A DNA stretch of 64,000 nucleotides from positions 103,230,001 through 103,294,000 of the forward strand of contig NC_042999.1 in the NCBI RefSeq assembly GCF_006345805.1, read 5' to 3'. The DNA comes from Octopus sinensis. Its lineage: Eukaryota. Below, in pieces: positions 13,785 through 27,524 of this stretch. Every line of letters begins with the position of its first letter. Position 1 is the first letter of the stretch. The position numbers were made by a program, and so were the translations under genes. The notes under the pieces were generated by a model, which searched no databases, had not been told where the DNA came from, and saw nothing but the letters and a program-made list of their open reading frames with translations.

Positions 13785-14084
13785 CTAGCAGTATCGCCCT
13801 GCGTTGCTCGGGTTTGTAAGGGAAATAACTATATAAGCATTTTTAGAGAGTTACTTCCCTTATATAAACCGAGCGAAAATGCATTAAAAATGCGGAAAAA
13901 TTATGGTGAATTCTTTTTTGAATCGTAGACTCATCGTAGACGCGCGCTAATACCCAGAAGAGCTCGATATGAATCACGACTATAAGATACCCGCTTTTGG
14001 TTTAACTGCACCGCAAAATGTGGGAGTAGTTAGGAATCTAAATCGTAGGAGACAGACACACAACTTCACTTTTATATATAAAGA
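13785..14084 (-). mobile_element. Short (300 bp) non-autonomous Helitron
   Basis: Minus strand begins TCTTTATATATAAAAG and ends with hairpin CCCGAGCAACGCAGGG then ATACTGCTAG; inserted at an A|T site. Confidence 0.85.
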
Positions 14085-15027
14085 TTATCTATTAATTTCA
14101 AACGATTTCGATATCAGTTGTGAGAGAAATCTGCTTGTGTGGAAAGGCCGCACCATCAACTGTTGGATATCAAGAGAGAATTTCTTGTTTTCGTGACGTA
14201 TCCTTATGTCGTTATGAGTTCGATGTCAGCTCTGAAAATAAATTGTTCGACTGAAGAATCTACGTGGTTATCATTTCGATATAAATGGCAGGAATAAATT
14301 TCTTGCGTGAAGTGGCGATGACCTTATACTTATTTAAACGGTGGGAATTGATTGCTTGAGTGAAGATTCTTCTAATAGCAATGTGATTATGGTTTTGATA
14401 TAAACTGCAAGAATCGTGTTGAAGTAGCCACTTCACAATGAAGTTGATATAAACGGCGAGATACTTTCACTAGAGTGACGTAGTTATATGTTACATAATA
14501 AAACGTAAACAGCGTGAATAATTTGCTGAAATAGCTAAGTGATAAGATTTTAATATCAACGGTTTGCTTGAGTATAGTCTCCCTTTTGTTAGATTTCCAT
14601 ATAAAGAGCGAGCAATGTTTGCTTGAGTGAAGTAGCAACATCAGCTATATCATTAGGAGCATCTTATTATTATTTATGAACACCGACGAAAAAGAAAAAC
14701 GAAAAGGAAATGTTTCTCTTAAGGTGTGAATAATTCACTTGGCAACGATAATAATATTATATTGTTACTAATATCAGTCATGTTCGATTTTCTCATGGAA
14801 CGTATTCGTATATAAGATTTCACCACGTATGCTAATAACTTCAACGAAAGGAAATGTTTCCGTTACGGAGTATGCCATTATATACGGAAAAATGTTTCCA
14901 TATATGTAGACATTAATACGTACGAACGTTAAGACAATCATGTAATGTACAAATACGCACACACACACGCACTCTCTTTCTCTCTCTCTCTCTCTCTCTC
15001 ACATACGCAAGCACACACACACACACA

Positions 15028-15190
15028 GACGTGGCCATTTCATGTCGAAAGTACCGGTTCTTGTCCAAAGTTATGCAACGTTGAAACTAATTAGTACTGA
15101 GATGGGTCACTGTTTAGGAAACTACGGTGCAGTGAATACCAGATTTATTCAAGGCGATACCCCAGCATGGTCACAGTCTAAATAAAAAAA
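15028..15190 (+). pseudogene. Degenerate 5S rRNA copy joined to a SINE tail (possible SINE3)
   Basis: GGCCATTTCATGTCGAAAGTACCGGTTCTTGTCC..AAGTTATGCAACGT..TTAGTACTGAGATGGGTCAC..GGAA..GGTGCAGT aligns by eye to animal 5S rRNA; followed by AAGGCGATACCCCAGCATGGTCACAGTC and an A-tract. Confidence 0.8.
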
Positions 15191-15205
15191 AATTAAAATA
15201 CATAT

Positions 15206-15258
<53 letters not shown>

Positions 15259-16139
15259 ATACATGCGTGTTGATATAAGTTTGTGTGTGTATGCATGTTC
15301 GTATGTACATTCATTTATTTGGTGCTGACACTAGTTTCCCGTTTCTGTTTCCGCATTTTAGTTTTTCTCTGAGATGGTCTGAAGCTAAATAACCTAAGAA
15401 AGCTCAGATGGATTAACTGCAAACATTTTAATGCAATTTATATTAGTCACTTCGCTATTTTTGGCATTATTAGAATAGCATGCACTATGAACACCAAGTG
15501 ACTGAATAATTATATTGAGCGTATAAATCGTACATTTAATATAGAAGAAATATTCTTTTATCTATTTTGAGCGAAGGGATTTGTCGTATGATTTGTGATG
15601 TAATCCGTAGCTATATCCTCCATCTTTCCTGATGTCTTTAAAATCTAATATCGTTGCCAAATATGGACACTTGAGTACAAATTGGGATATTTGTACAGCC
15701 TATTATTTCAAACCAAACATTTCACCGGTTTCTATTTTATCGACACCAAAAAGAAGAAAAAAAGTCAACTTTAGTGGGATTTGAACTTTGAACTTAAAAC
15801 TACACAACTAAATGCTACAAGGCATTTTGACCGTCTCTCTACGGACTCTGGCAACCTAGATGTCTAATATCGACAACAATTGCGCTAAATTACGCGATTC
15901 CATACTGCTTGTTAAGCGTTCTTACTATCAATTGCAACATCTAGATTGTTGTTGCTATTGAATACTAACAAACCTAAATCTCATCCTCTCTGTATCCATC
16001 TAATCCTGTTTGAAGTACATTAAATACTATAATAAAGTAATACTCTATACTGATTCTGATTTTCGGACTGTTGAAGATATCTTTTCTTATGTTTCCTTCT
16101 GACAAAAGTTTCTCTCTTCCCTTACTTCTTTCCGTCTTC

Positions 16140-16329
16140 AATGTCTTCTTTCATTTTTCTTCTCTTCTTTTCCCCTGCTAAATTTTTGTGGTCAATATTG
16201 CTAGTTATTTTTATATTTCTTCCTTTCTTCGCTTTTCTCTACATTTGTTTGTTTCTTTCTGTCCTTCCTTCCCTTTTTCTTTCTTTCTTTGTTTCCTTTC
16301 TTTCTTTCTTTCTTTCTTTCCTTGTTTCT

Positions 16330-16361
<32 letters not shown>

Positions 16362-16620
16362 TATACATATATTGTGTATATATGTATCAACCTAACTTTT
16401 CATTCTCTTTTGTCTACGTATATATCTTTCATTCTTTCCTATTTCATTCTAACGTTCCATATTCAGTTTTGTTTCCCTTTCACGATATCTCTCTCACTCA
16501 CTCACTCTTAAAATTCTTTTCATGTATTTCATCACTCATATTTGCACTTCTTTTCCTCTATCGTCTTTCTTTTATACATTTTTACCTTCTCTCTTTTTAA
16601 TCATCATTCGCTTTTTCCAT
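16140..16620. repeat. Pyrimidine-rich (TTTC)n low-complexity tract
   Basis: Direct observation. Confidence 0.9.
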
Positions 16621-17832
16621 TCCTTGTTTAATAATTTCTTCCTTCCCTTAAGCAAGTCCCCATTCACACTCACCGCGTCAATCTTTAAAACATTTCCTAT
16701 CGTTGACCAGGATTTCAATAGTATGGGTAGAGTTGCCATATTAATTAAAATTCTCCTTCAACTTTCATCTCTTCAGATAGAAACTAAACTACATGTGCAC
16801 ATTTAATGGCATCCATACTGCTTGCATCTTATAAACAAGACAAAATAAAATAAATATAGTAAAACATGGTAATAAAGGATACAAACGCATGTTGTAAGTC
16901 CTGACTAACATTAAGTCACGAAAGTTTGTGGTAATGAACTTGCGGTTGCTTTTTCTTGAGGTAGAGACAGTTTTGGCGATATTTGTGGTGACATGTGCAG
17001 AAATTATAATCATAGTATTTGTAGTGCTGTGATATTTTTTTATTCCTGTAAACGGTGGTATGAGTGATGCAGATATTATTGGTTATGTTTTAGAGACTAT
17101 CGTATATGAGTGACGATAATATTATGGCTATGATACTGAGTTGAAATGACATGTTTTTAGGATTAAAATGTTGATAGTCACAAAGGTGGTAATTCCAGTC
17201 TTCTTTGAAGAATCTTTGCACATTAAAATATTGAAATTAGTTTTTATTTCCATTAAATGATAACGATTTTCCAGTTTCGACTTTAACTGTCGTTGTATAG
17301 TGTCAGGTCAGTTCTGATTTTGAGCAGAACTAAGGTTAAAGGTATACTAACTATGGCCACCTTGACTACTTTTAGATGCAGGGTGTCTCGACTGCATAAT
17401 TCAAGTTTTCCCTTTTATGAAGACGGTTGGATGCAACATGAAGGGTAGTAGTTTTTTTTATTTTTTGTTATAGCTATTAATGATTTTGTATTAGTTTTAG
17501 TTCCTAATTCATGGTGATAGCAGTAGTCAATGGAGATAAAATTTAAACTGAATATTCTGCAGTCCTAATGTGAAAGTGATCTGTAGTGATTTCTCATTGC
17601 CGAAATGACGAATAAAAAACTGGACAGCGCAGACTTCTAAAAAAAAAACTGTTATAAGTAAATGCGTGCGTATTATATATATATGTAAAATTAGAAATAT
17701 TGCATTTCTGAATCTCTCGGAGAGACTTGTGTCACGTAGCCAACTGGAAACGGTGTGTCCTGGGGCTAAATAGCAGTAGCATTCTTCCCTTTCCTGGGGC
17801 TGCCACATTAAATTGGCAACAAACCATCACTT

Positions 17833-17844
17833 TATATATATATA

Positions 17845-17915
<71 letters not shown>

Positions 17916-17943
17916 GTATATTATATATATGTGTATATATATA

Positions 17944-17996
<53 letters not shown>

Positions 17997-18084
17997 GTGT
18001 ATATATATATATATGTGTATATATATATTATATATATATATATATAGTATATATATAGATATATGTATATATATTATATATATG

Positions 18085-18138
<54 letters not shown>

Positions 18139-18170
18139 ATATATATATATATAGTATATATATATGTGTG

Positions 18171-18201
<31 letters not shown>

Positions 18202-18209
18202 GATATATG

Positions 18210-18242
<33 letters not shown>

Positions 18243-18244
18243 GT

Positions 18245-18317
<73 letters not shown>

Positions 18318-18500
18318 GTATATATATATGCACACATACATATGTATATGAGCAACATACATATAAATGTATGCATATATGTATGCATGCATGCATGTAT
18401 ATATGTAAGACTGTCTGTATATATATGTATGTATGTCTGTCTGTGCGTATGTGTGTATGTATGTGTAGGTGTAGGTGTAAATATATATATATATATATAA
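17833..18500. repeat. (TA)n microsatellite with interruptions
   Basis: Direct observation. Confidence 0.97.
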
Positions 18501-19485
18501 GTGCATATATATTTATATACAAGGTGCCTCCTGATGATGGGACAAACAGCTAGGACTAGAAGAATCACATTCCTTAAGTAAAATGCATGAAAATTAAGAT
18601 GTCTGGCTTTCAACTAGGTGCCACGGTTTCGATTCCCAGCACAGGAAAGTACGCCTTTCTCGCGGCGGTACCCCAGCAGGCCGTAGTCTAGTAACTGGAA
18701 CAAGTAAAAGATGAATTACAAATGTGAGCCATCATTATGAAAGCTACTTTGTTTTTCATAGCACTATAGAACGATAGTTCTTATTTATAAGAACTGTAAA
18801 TAGTAAAGTTTCTGATGTGTGCATAAAGCTTGGTCAAGCTGGAGTTAAAAGCAAGAGTTGTAAGAAGCAACGTGTAATCAAAATGTAATATATTCGTATA
18901 CAACCATATTTAATATGTTCGTGTACACATGGACGTTGGAAGGTAATTCCATATAAAAATAGATATTTTTCTAAATTGGTAATGAAAGGATTACAATATT
19001 TTATGAGAGTCGTACTTTCAAAGGTTCGGATATCTTATCTTAGAACAATGATTATATACCAAAAATGAAAATTCATAACAGGCGTAACTATTGTCGATGG
19101 AATTATGATATATAAATGGGAAAGTTAGAGCCGTAAAGTATGTTAAAAATCCATAAACATACATATAAACGTATATGAATGCATATATATATATACATAT
19201 ATACATATATATATATACGTCTGTATATATATATACATACAAACACACATACATATATACGTATAGAGAAAGAGAAGAGAGAGAGTGAGTGAGTGAGTGA
19301 GATTGAGGATATAATTATAATTTGACTGTCACCTCATTGGAACATCGTGCAAGAGAATGAATGTCCAGCGTTGTATTTCAAAATCAAAAGAGGCTTCGTA
19401 TGACTTGGATTGATACTATAGGGAGCACAACATAACTCCGAGATAAGATCCAGTAGGCTTAGTATAAGCCCCGCAGAGCGAATAA

Positions 19486-19547
19486 TCTTATAATAATTCT
19501 GTTTGTCATTAAGTTATTTAGCCCGTCGGTAACGGTTTCACGCGATT

Positions 19548-19600
<53 letters not shown>

Positions 19601-20001
19601 AGGATAAGGCGAAGAGTGGGTAGAAAAAAGAGAGAAAAAGAAAGGAGAGAAAAAGACGGAGAGAGAAGCGTCTACGCTTATTACATAGTTGAAGAAGTTA
19701 GTTGAAGGTAGTGATTTAGAGAAGAGATAGGAATATAATTTTAGCAGCTGGGTGATGTTCTGATGGTGAGATTAAAGAAAAGCACAGAGAGAGAGAGAGA
19801 GAGGGGGGAAGAGATAGAGAGAAAGATATCATGGTGGTGCTGGTGGTGTCGATGCTGGTGGAGATGGCCATAGTGAGTGCATGGTGATAATATTTTTTAA
19901 AAAATTGGAATGTGTATTAGCTCTGACCAATCGCCTTGGCTTAGAAGTTACCAACGATGTGGTTTTCAGAGTATGCCATGTTACATAAAATCTTTACCCC
20001 C
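19486..20001 (+). mobile_element. 3'-truncated copy of the 6442-7368 Helitron
   Basis: A|TCTTATAATAATTCTG start, collinear with about 6442-6985, and contains a (GA)n expansion. Confidence 0.8.
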
Positions 20002-20002
20002 A

Positions 20003-20046
<44 letters not shown>

Positions 20047-20334
20047 AGGCTGGTTTCGAGGTCACAATGACCTCGAACCCACATGAGTAAGCAAGAGAGA
20101 CAGAGACAGGCAGAAACAAGGAAAATGCCCCTTGTATTTGAATACTATGCAAATATTCTTTCAAAAAACTTTTTAATTTTTCCCAAATTTAATTGTTTTC
20201 CATGCTTAAAGTTGAAGAAATCTCAATGACTGAAAGCGGTACTGAAATGTTTTTTATAAAATTATTTTAGCATTTTCTACCTTGATTTTTTCCATATATA
20301 TATCAACTCGTGTGTTCCTTTTCAAACTTCTACT

Positions 20335-20368
<34 letters not shown>

Positions 20369-20411
20369 GGTGTGTGTGAGTGTGTGTGTGTATTATGTAT
20401 GTATGTATGCA

Positions 20412-20790
20412 GAGGCACAATGGCCCAGTGGTTAGGGCAGCGGACTTGTGGTCGTAGGATCACGGTTTTGATTCCCAGACCGGGAGTTGTAAGTCTTTAT
20501 TGAGCGAAAGCACCTAAAGCTCAACGAGGCTCTGGCAGAGGGTAGTGGCGAAACCTGCTGTACCCTTTCACCACAACTTTCTCTCACTCTTTCTTTCTGT
20601 TTCTGTTGTATCTGTATTTCGAAGGGCCAGCCTTGTCACACTCTGTGTTACGCTGAATCTCCCCTAGAACTACGTTAAGTGTACACGTGTCTCTGGAGTG
20701 CTCAGCTACTTGCACGTTAATTTCACGAGCAGGCTGTTCAGTTGATCGGATCAACTGGAACCCTCGTCGTCGTAACCGACGGAATGTCAC
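20412..20790 (+). mobile_element. Full-length tRNA-derived SINE
   Basis: A-box TGGCCCAGTGG and B-box GGTTTTGATTCCC; 3' end GGATCAACTGGAACCCTCGTCGTCGTAACCGACGG is shared with 33258 and 55581. Confidence 0.9.
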
Positions 20791-21377
20791 GAGTATGTAT
20801 ATATATATATATATCTATATATATATATATATAGATATATATATATATATATGCATGTGTGTTTGTGTGTGTGTAGATAGATATATGTATGTATGTATAT
20901 ATGTGAGTATTTGTGTCTTTGTGTGCATGTATACATATATATATATATATATACATTTGTACGTATACATATATATGTATAAATATATAAATATGTGTAC
21001 GCGTGTGTGTCTAACATTAAGGAATAGGAATTTGGAATCTGGGCAGTTACTTTATTAGTAGTCTTATTTAATCCAGGATCTGACTAACCATTTCGAATGA
21101 TAGGGAACACATAGAATCGATTGAAATAAGAAATTACACGGTAGTTCACTAAGTTTGCTTCAGTGGATTTTACACATCATAGTATATAATCAAGAGATCA
21201 TAAAGAGGAATGGAGAATTATCCATCTTTAAAATCTATTTATTATAGTATTCTTCTCATTAAATTTACATTAAAATTCTAATCTAATGTGAATTTAATGA
21301 GAATAATACAGCTTTTGATAATGTACAATTTCCCATTTTTCTTTATGATATATGTATGTACATATATATTCGCATAG

Positions 21378-21420
<43 letters not shown>

Positions 21421-21489
21421 TATATATATAATATATACATAAATACATAATACATACATATATATATGTATATATACATACATATGTGT

Positions 21490-21645
21490 GTGCAGCTTTG
21501 TGGTAAGGAGGTTCCTTCCCAACCACATAGATCCAGGTTCAGGCTCACTGCGTGGCACTTTGTACAAGTGTCTTCAACTGTAACCTCGAGCCGACCAAAA
21601 CCTTGTGAGTGGATTGGTAGACGGAAACTGAAGGAAACCAGTCAT
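21490..21645 (+). mobile_element. SINE (family D)
   Basis: GTGGTAAG..CCCAACCACA..GGTTCAG..CACTGCGTGGCAC..GCCGACCAAA..GTAGACGGAAACTGAA, the same as 53428. Confidence 0.8.
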
Positions 21646-22196
21646 ATACCTACACATATGTGTGTGTATGTGTGTGTACGTGTGTGTGTAGTTAGTTGGT
21701 TGTTTATTTGTTACATATTATAAAGTGTTACGATGGGAATGAGATATTTGGTAAAATAGAACAGGTTAAAAATTTCATCTTTAAAATTCAGTGGATAAAA
21801 ATAGCACTAAGTAGATACTGGAACGTGATGGGACACGTTCTTGTTTGTCTCCTGTCCTAGCTTGACTTGCGCGTTCGCCACCACAGCCTCATTTAGGCTT
21901 AGCAAAACCCTTTGTTTTCACTCACTGTCCTGTTTGTATTACCTATTTTGACCCTACGCAAAATCTCAAATTTATTTAATTTGCTTTGCGGGAGCAACTG
22001 TTTTAGCGAAAGCGTATATTGTTAAATGCTCGAAATGCGAGAGTAGAAAAACAGCCAACAACTGATGAAGGGTCGTTCTTTATGTTGCTTGTCTTGTTTT
22101 ACATTTTTCGTTGTTCGGAAAAATAGTTCACATTCCATGTACTCGTACTGCGTATTTTTTTCGTCCTGTGCCCACATGGCATGCATCTATATTATA

Positions 22197-22239
<43 letters not shown>

Positions 22240-22484
22240 TATATATATATATATAATATATATATATATATAGATTATATACGTATTATAGATGTAAGTA
22301 TATACAATACTTTTGAATATATATATATATAAGGACATATATATATTATATTACATATAGATTATATATATATATACACATATGTATATACATATATATA
22401 TATATATATATGAAATACGAACAACACAGACATACGTACATACATAATATATATACATATACATATATATATTTATATATACAC

Positions 22485-22584
22485 NNNNNNNNNNNNNNNN
22501 NNNNNNNNNNNNNNNNNNNNNNNNNNNNNNNNNNNNNNNNNNNNNNNNNNNNNNNNNNNNNNNNNNNNNNNNNNNNNNNNNNNN
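22485..22584. other. Assembly gap (100 N)
   Basis: Run of exactly 100 N, probably a placeholder for a gap of unknown length. Confidence 1.
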
Positions 22585-22599
22585 AAAGAGAGATACTGT

Positions 22600-23100
22600 G
22601 AAAAATCATAATTTTGAGTAATTAGATTACTGTTCACAAGTTTGGTCTTCAAAATCATCTGGTTTCATAGTAGGAATTGAAATATTACGAAGAAAATTCA
22701 CCAGTAAAATAACATTGGTTAAAAACCTTAATTACTGGGAACACATGAAAGTTCTGCCTCTCTACTCGCTTGAACGTCGAAGAGTTCTCTATACGTCTGG
22801 TAAATCTTGGAGAAGCATATCCAAATTTCGGCTTTAGAGAGAATTTTAATGCACGAAGTTTTAGACACTGACAGCCTCCAAATATATTATCTTCGAAATT
22901 ACTAGCAAAAATACATTATTTTACCAGTCTGATGTTTAGAAGGCCTTCATTGTTCAAATGCCTCCCTAAATAAATCAGAAATATTTAATAGACCCTACTG
23001 ATCATTAAAAAACCTATTTGGATAAACTCCTAACGATGATACCGGACCGGCCATTCAAGGAAGTTCAGCAGCTACAAACTCAGACCATCTTTCAGCCATA
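22600..23100 (+). mobile_element. Decayed 3' fragment of a CR1-group LINE ORF2
   Basis: Translates with breaks as LDYCSQVWS, LNYWEHMKVLPLYSLERRR, YVW*ILGEAYPNFG and PSLFKCLPK*IRN, matching the C-terminus of the element at 36.2-36.8 kb (LDYCSQLWSP, SYWERLKVLNLFSLERRR, GPQLFNILPK). Confidence 0.85.
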
Positions 23101-24652
23101 AAGCGTCAACAAAACTGAAAGAAATAATTCGAAAATTATTTCAGTTCTGCATGGTCTACATCCTTCAAGAAACTTCAGTTTTTATGTCAAATATTGTGTT
23201 GCGTTCTTTCAAAGTCCAAACATAACTGGAAATTATTGGTATATTCTAATTGTCTTTGCCACGGAAAGAATAACTATGGATGAAATATGTTCAACTCTAC
23301 TCTGTACCATATCGGCATGTTTGTGGTCAGTAGCTAGATTTGAATTCGTCGATGAGACCTCTGTCTTGTAGATACTGTTTCAGTCTTTCATGCCTGGTTC
23401 AGAGCCGTTTCATTTTGCATGTGAAGATTTGAAGTGTATCACTTTCTGATTGCATTATATATAGATATACATAAACGAATAAAGTTCTTTACAATAAGGC
23501 TTGGTGTGACTATATATATCAACATATTTTCTTTTCTGTGTGTAGCAGATGGTTAGCGATATATTAAACCCTATCTTGATAAACGTTGGTTACAAGTCAC
23601 TTATTTCAATTAGTTGCTTTGTGAAGATTTCTTTATTTTAATATTGGTTAGAAACTATTTGGACATTAGAAAACTATGAGTATGTGTGTTCATTGTGTAT
23701 CGCAGTAGATTTTATTAATGTGTAAATGTAATCTTCGTTAGGACCACCATGTGGATCACATATGTAGGTAACCACGAGCAGAATATAATCTAAAAATACC
23801 ATACTTAAGTTACGGGTAACAATTATTTAGGGGCTGAAATTATTACATGTTTGGTTAAATATTTACTACATTTTTGTAACGTACGTCATCGGCATAATGT
23901 GGTAAGATTAATATGTTATCTTTATACTGGGCTACATCCATGATCTTCGATTAAGTTTGTTTGTATAGGACATCAATATCAACGAGTTAGCATCTTTCTG
24001 ACGAGGTCGAATGAACAGCTTGAGTAAAAGCTCATTGAAAATATATACTAGGATTTTGTTGAAAAATCAGAGATTTGAGAGAGATGTGATAAGAGTATCA
24101 TTGTCGTCTTTTGTACATTTAGCTAATTTCAGAGTGATATAGGATAACATTTTCGAGATAGAAAGTATTCGAAACAGTCAACTTAGTAGATTCACAATAA
24201 CATTTTATTATTAATATACTTCAGTACATATAGTGCTACAGTATGAAGACTCAACGGTATAAAAAATAATATAATATACACTTAGCTAAATAAGAAAAAC
24301 ATTTCGAGGCATACATATTGAAATAAAATTAAGTTATAAAGCGCTGAACCGTGTTCATTGTGTACCCCAGTAGATTTTATGCTTGAAGAGTCATTTTTGT
24401 TGCATTGTGATAAATCCTTATATTACATTAATGCTGAACATGTAGATATTTAGCACTATATTTATTGAGCCATCGTGGAGAGATGTCAACATAACATTTG
24501 TCAGAATGTTTAAGGTAATCAGAGGTTTGGCGTCATCGAACGAAAATATTATCATCGAATTTGCTTCTCTCAAATCAGGTAGGTCATCAATTTTGCAGAC
24601 ACACATTCAATGCCTCAATATACCTAAATATATATATATATAATATATACAT

Positions 24653-24685
<33 letters not shown>

Positions 24686-24723
24686 AAGAGAGAAAGAGAG
24701 AGAGAGAGGGAGAGAGATGTATG

Positions 24724-24828
<105 letters not shown>

Positions 24829-24959
24829 TAGCGTATGTGTGTGTCTGCTTGCGATGGTATGTGTGTATGGTGGTAACTGTGTGTGTGTGTGAGGTCTGTG
24901 TGCGTAGTTTGTGTGTATGTGTGTGTGTGTGGCAACATGAGTGTGCGTGTGTTAAAGTC

Positions 24960-25660
24960 GCTCCGAGTAGTCAGCAGCTATATTGACAGGTGCGTGAATG
25001 GGGGGATGTGACAGTGTGCATGTTTGTTTGGAAGGGTCAATAGGGAATCAGAGGCAGAGGCAGTCTGAAGAGGGTGTGAGAATGGGTGGGTATGGTCGTG
25101 TGTGTGTGTGTGCGTGTGTATATGTTCGCATGTGTGCGTAGACGGAGTGGGTATGTGTATGTGAGTGTGTGTGCGTGTGTCTCTCTCTCAGTCACTCTCT
25201 CTCTCTATGAATCAGTAGGTCACGTAGGTGTAGGGGTGCGTTTGAAGGAGGGTAAGGGTGGGTTGGGGAAAATAGGGTGGGTGGTGGTGTCTAGCTGGAA
25301 GTGACGGAATGCCTTCCAACGTAGGGGTTTTATGGATGGGTGGCAAAGGAGGGAAAGGGGAGGGGGTCGCTGTAGGGAAGGAGAGAGGGCGATAGTGCGA
25401 TCGATTTGACGAGCGCAGGCAAGGGCAGTTTGGACAAGGTTAGAAGGATATCTGCAACGCATGAACAAGAGAACCAGGTATTGGGATTGGGTATCAAAAT
25501 TCTGGTCCCGGCTGCACAGGCATCAGAAGCAGAGGAACTGGGAGTAGGGGATGGCCCGTTTAGCGTGGGAGGAATGGGAGGAGGAAAAGTTGAGGAAGAG
25601 GTGGGAGTCCGTGGATTTAAAGAAGGCAGAGGTGGTGAGAGAGTGGGTGAGGGGATCGAT

Positions 25661-25714
<54 letters not shown>

Positions 25715-26100
25715 TTTACGGAAGTATCAGAAATGGTAGAAGTGAATTCGAGAGAAGATTGGAAGTGAGAAATGAAAGAGATGAAATTGGAGAGCTGTTC
25801 GCGGGAGAGGGTGGTAGCACCTATACAGTCGTCTATATAGCGACTGTATAGCTCAAAGAGAGATAGCTAGAGTTGCTAGTTTTTTTTTTTAATAGCAAGG
25901 GAGAGAGCTGTATAGAGCGTTGCAGGCATTGAGGAGGAAAGTTGGAAAGAAAACGGGAGAGAAGAGAGAGAAGATGCTGGATGAAAGAATGAAATTCAGG
26001 CATGATGAGATGTATGTGTAGGGGTAGGTGTCGGTGATGGTGAGTAGGAGTAAAAAGGAAGGGGAATGGAAGGAGACTGACGTAAAGTGAAGGGAAGAGA
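24960..26100 (-). mobile_element. Penelope-like retroelement remnant (RT, thumb, linker)
   Basis: Minus strand reads ELYSRYIDDCIGAT..EFT..VNFL, TTSAFFKSTDSHLFLNFSSSH..AIPYSQFL..CS, RYPSNLV and FRHFQLDTTTHPIFPNPPLPSFKR..LRDLL, all typical PLE motifs; interrupted by (GA)n and (TG)n and by stops. Confidence 0.9.
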
Positions 26101-26729
26101 AGTGAGGAGGAAGGGTTACGGACAAATTATAATGATTCACAATCAAAAGTGCAGAAATGGGAATCTTATTTTAATAGATGCACAAGTACATAGCTATGTT
26201 TATGCATGTATGTTTCTTTAAATGTGTGAGCATTAATGTGTTGTATGTATGCATGTATTTGTGTCCATTTGTATGCGCTTGTTCAACTTTGTATAGATGT
26301 TTATATGTGGTTATCAATGAGTACGTCTGTAAATATCCGTGAGTACGAATGAAACAGAAAATGGACATCGCATATTAATATAAGAAAGGCTTATCTGAAA
26401 CTACTGTTTTGCTTTTATTTGTTTTCCATCTTTTCATTTCTCCTTTCATGCTCTTTCTCTCCGTTTCATCTTAAATTGTTTCCAGTAAACAAACAAGAGG
26501 ACATTAACTAAGAAACAAGGCCCTATCATCCTTATCTCACTTACAATAAGATTGTAGAATCACATACAGCCTTCCGGGAAATATCTTGGTCACACTGATT
26601 GGATTCGTAAAACATAAGACCTTATATAAGCATGCGTTGCTTTCGTATGTTTGTATATATGTATGTATATATGTATGCATGTTTGTACATTTACATAAAT
26701 GTATGAATTTATGTATGTATTAATATATA

Positions 26730-26949
26730 CGAGGGGTTCTCAAATGTTCCCGGCTTTACAGGTATCAGGTATCGGTAAAAACTTGGTTGGAGGCCCAAAC
26801 TTCCCTGTTTGCTTACAAGGCTTAGAAAATTGAAAGACTGCTGTAAAACGTGTGTGAATCCCAGAGTGGAATACGTTGAATAAAATCATAATTAACTGAT
26901 CCTGTATTTTCTTTTACGCAAAGCCAGGAACGTTTTCTGCACCCCTTCA
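26730..26949. mobile_element. Tc1/mariner-type MITE
   Basis: Imperfect terminal inverted repeats CGAGGGGTTCTCAAATGTTCCCGGCTTT and AAAGCCAGGAACGTTTTCTGCACCCCTTCA, flanked by TA on both sides. Confidence 0.75.
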
Positions 26950-27524
26950 TATGTATGCGTGTGTGTGTGTGTGAGTGTGTGTGTGTTTGTGTGTGTTTGT
27001 GTGTGTGTGAGTGTGTGTGTGTGTGTGTTTGTGTGTGTTTGTGTGTGTGTGCATGTGTGTGTAAAGGTGGCTTATTTGAAACTACGTTTTTGGTTTCATT
27101 TGTTTCTTATTCTTACATTGCTTTTTCATAATTTTCACTTACAAACACACACACACACAAACGTAGACACTGGCACACACACGCATGCACGCACACACAT
27201 TCTCACACACACTCACACACACACACACACTGACACATATATGTAGGGTAATGAAAGGGATTACCATACAAGCCGCGTCCTTCTGGACAACTGCGAATTC
27301 TGGCCCTACGGAATTGTATGTATGAAGATGTTTTATTTTCAAGGAGAATATTATACGTACAAGATGAAACCCTCGGTCAAGTATATTAGTTACACGGTGA
27401 ATCTGTGTGAAAGTCATCGATGGATAGCGAATTTGTAATCATGTAAGAATTGCCGATTTAAAACTTGGGTAAAAAATCTGTGTATATTTGTAGGTAGATA
27501 TATGTATGCAAGTATATGTGAACA

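Noticed and set aside
14600-14722. TATAAAG followed by a short ORF and AAG|GTGTGA
   Set aside because: Weak donor and no Inr; such motifs are frequent in AT-rich DNA.
16141-16806. Hydrophobic F/L/S-rich ORFs resembling membrane proteins
   Set aside because: Products of (TTTC)n low-complexity DNA.
22073-22125. CTGATGA hammerhead-like start
   Set aside because: No convincing stem II or GAAA pairing could be built.
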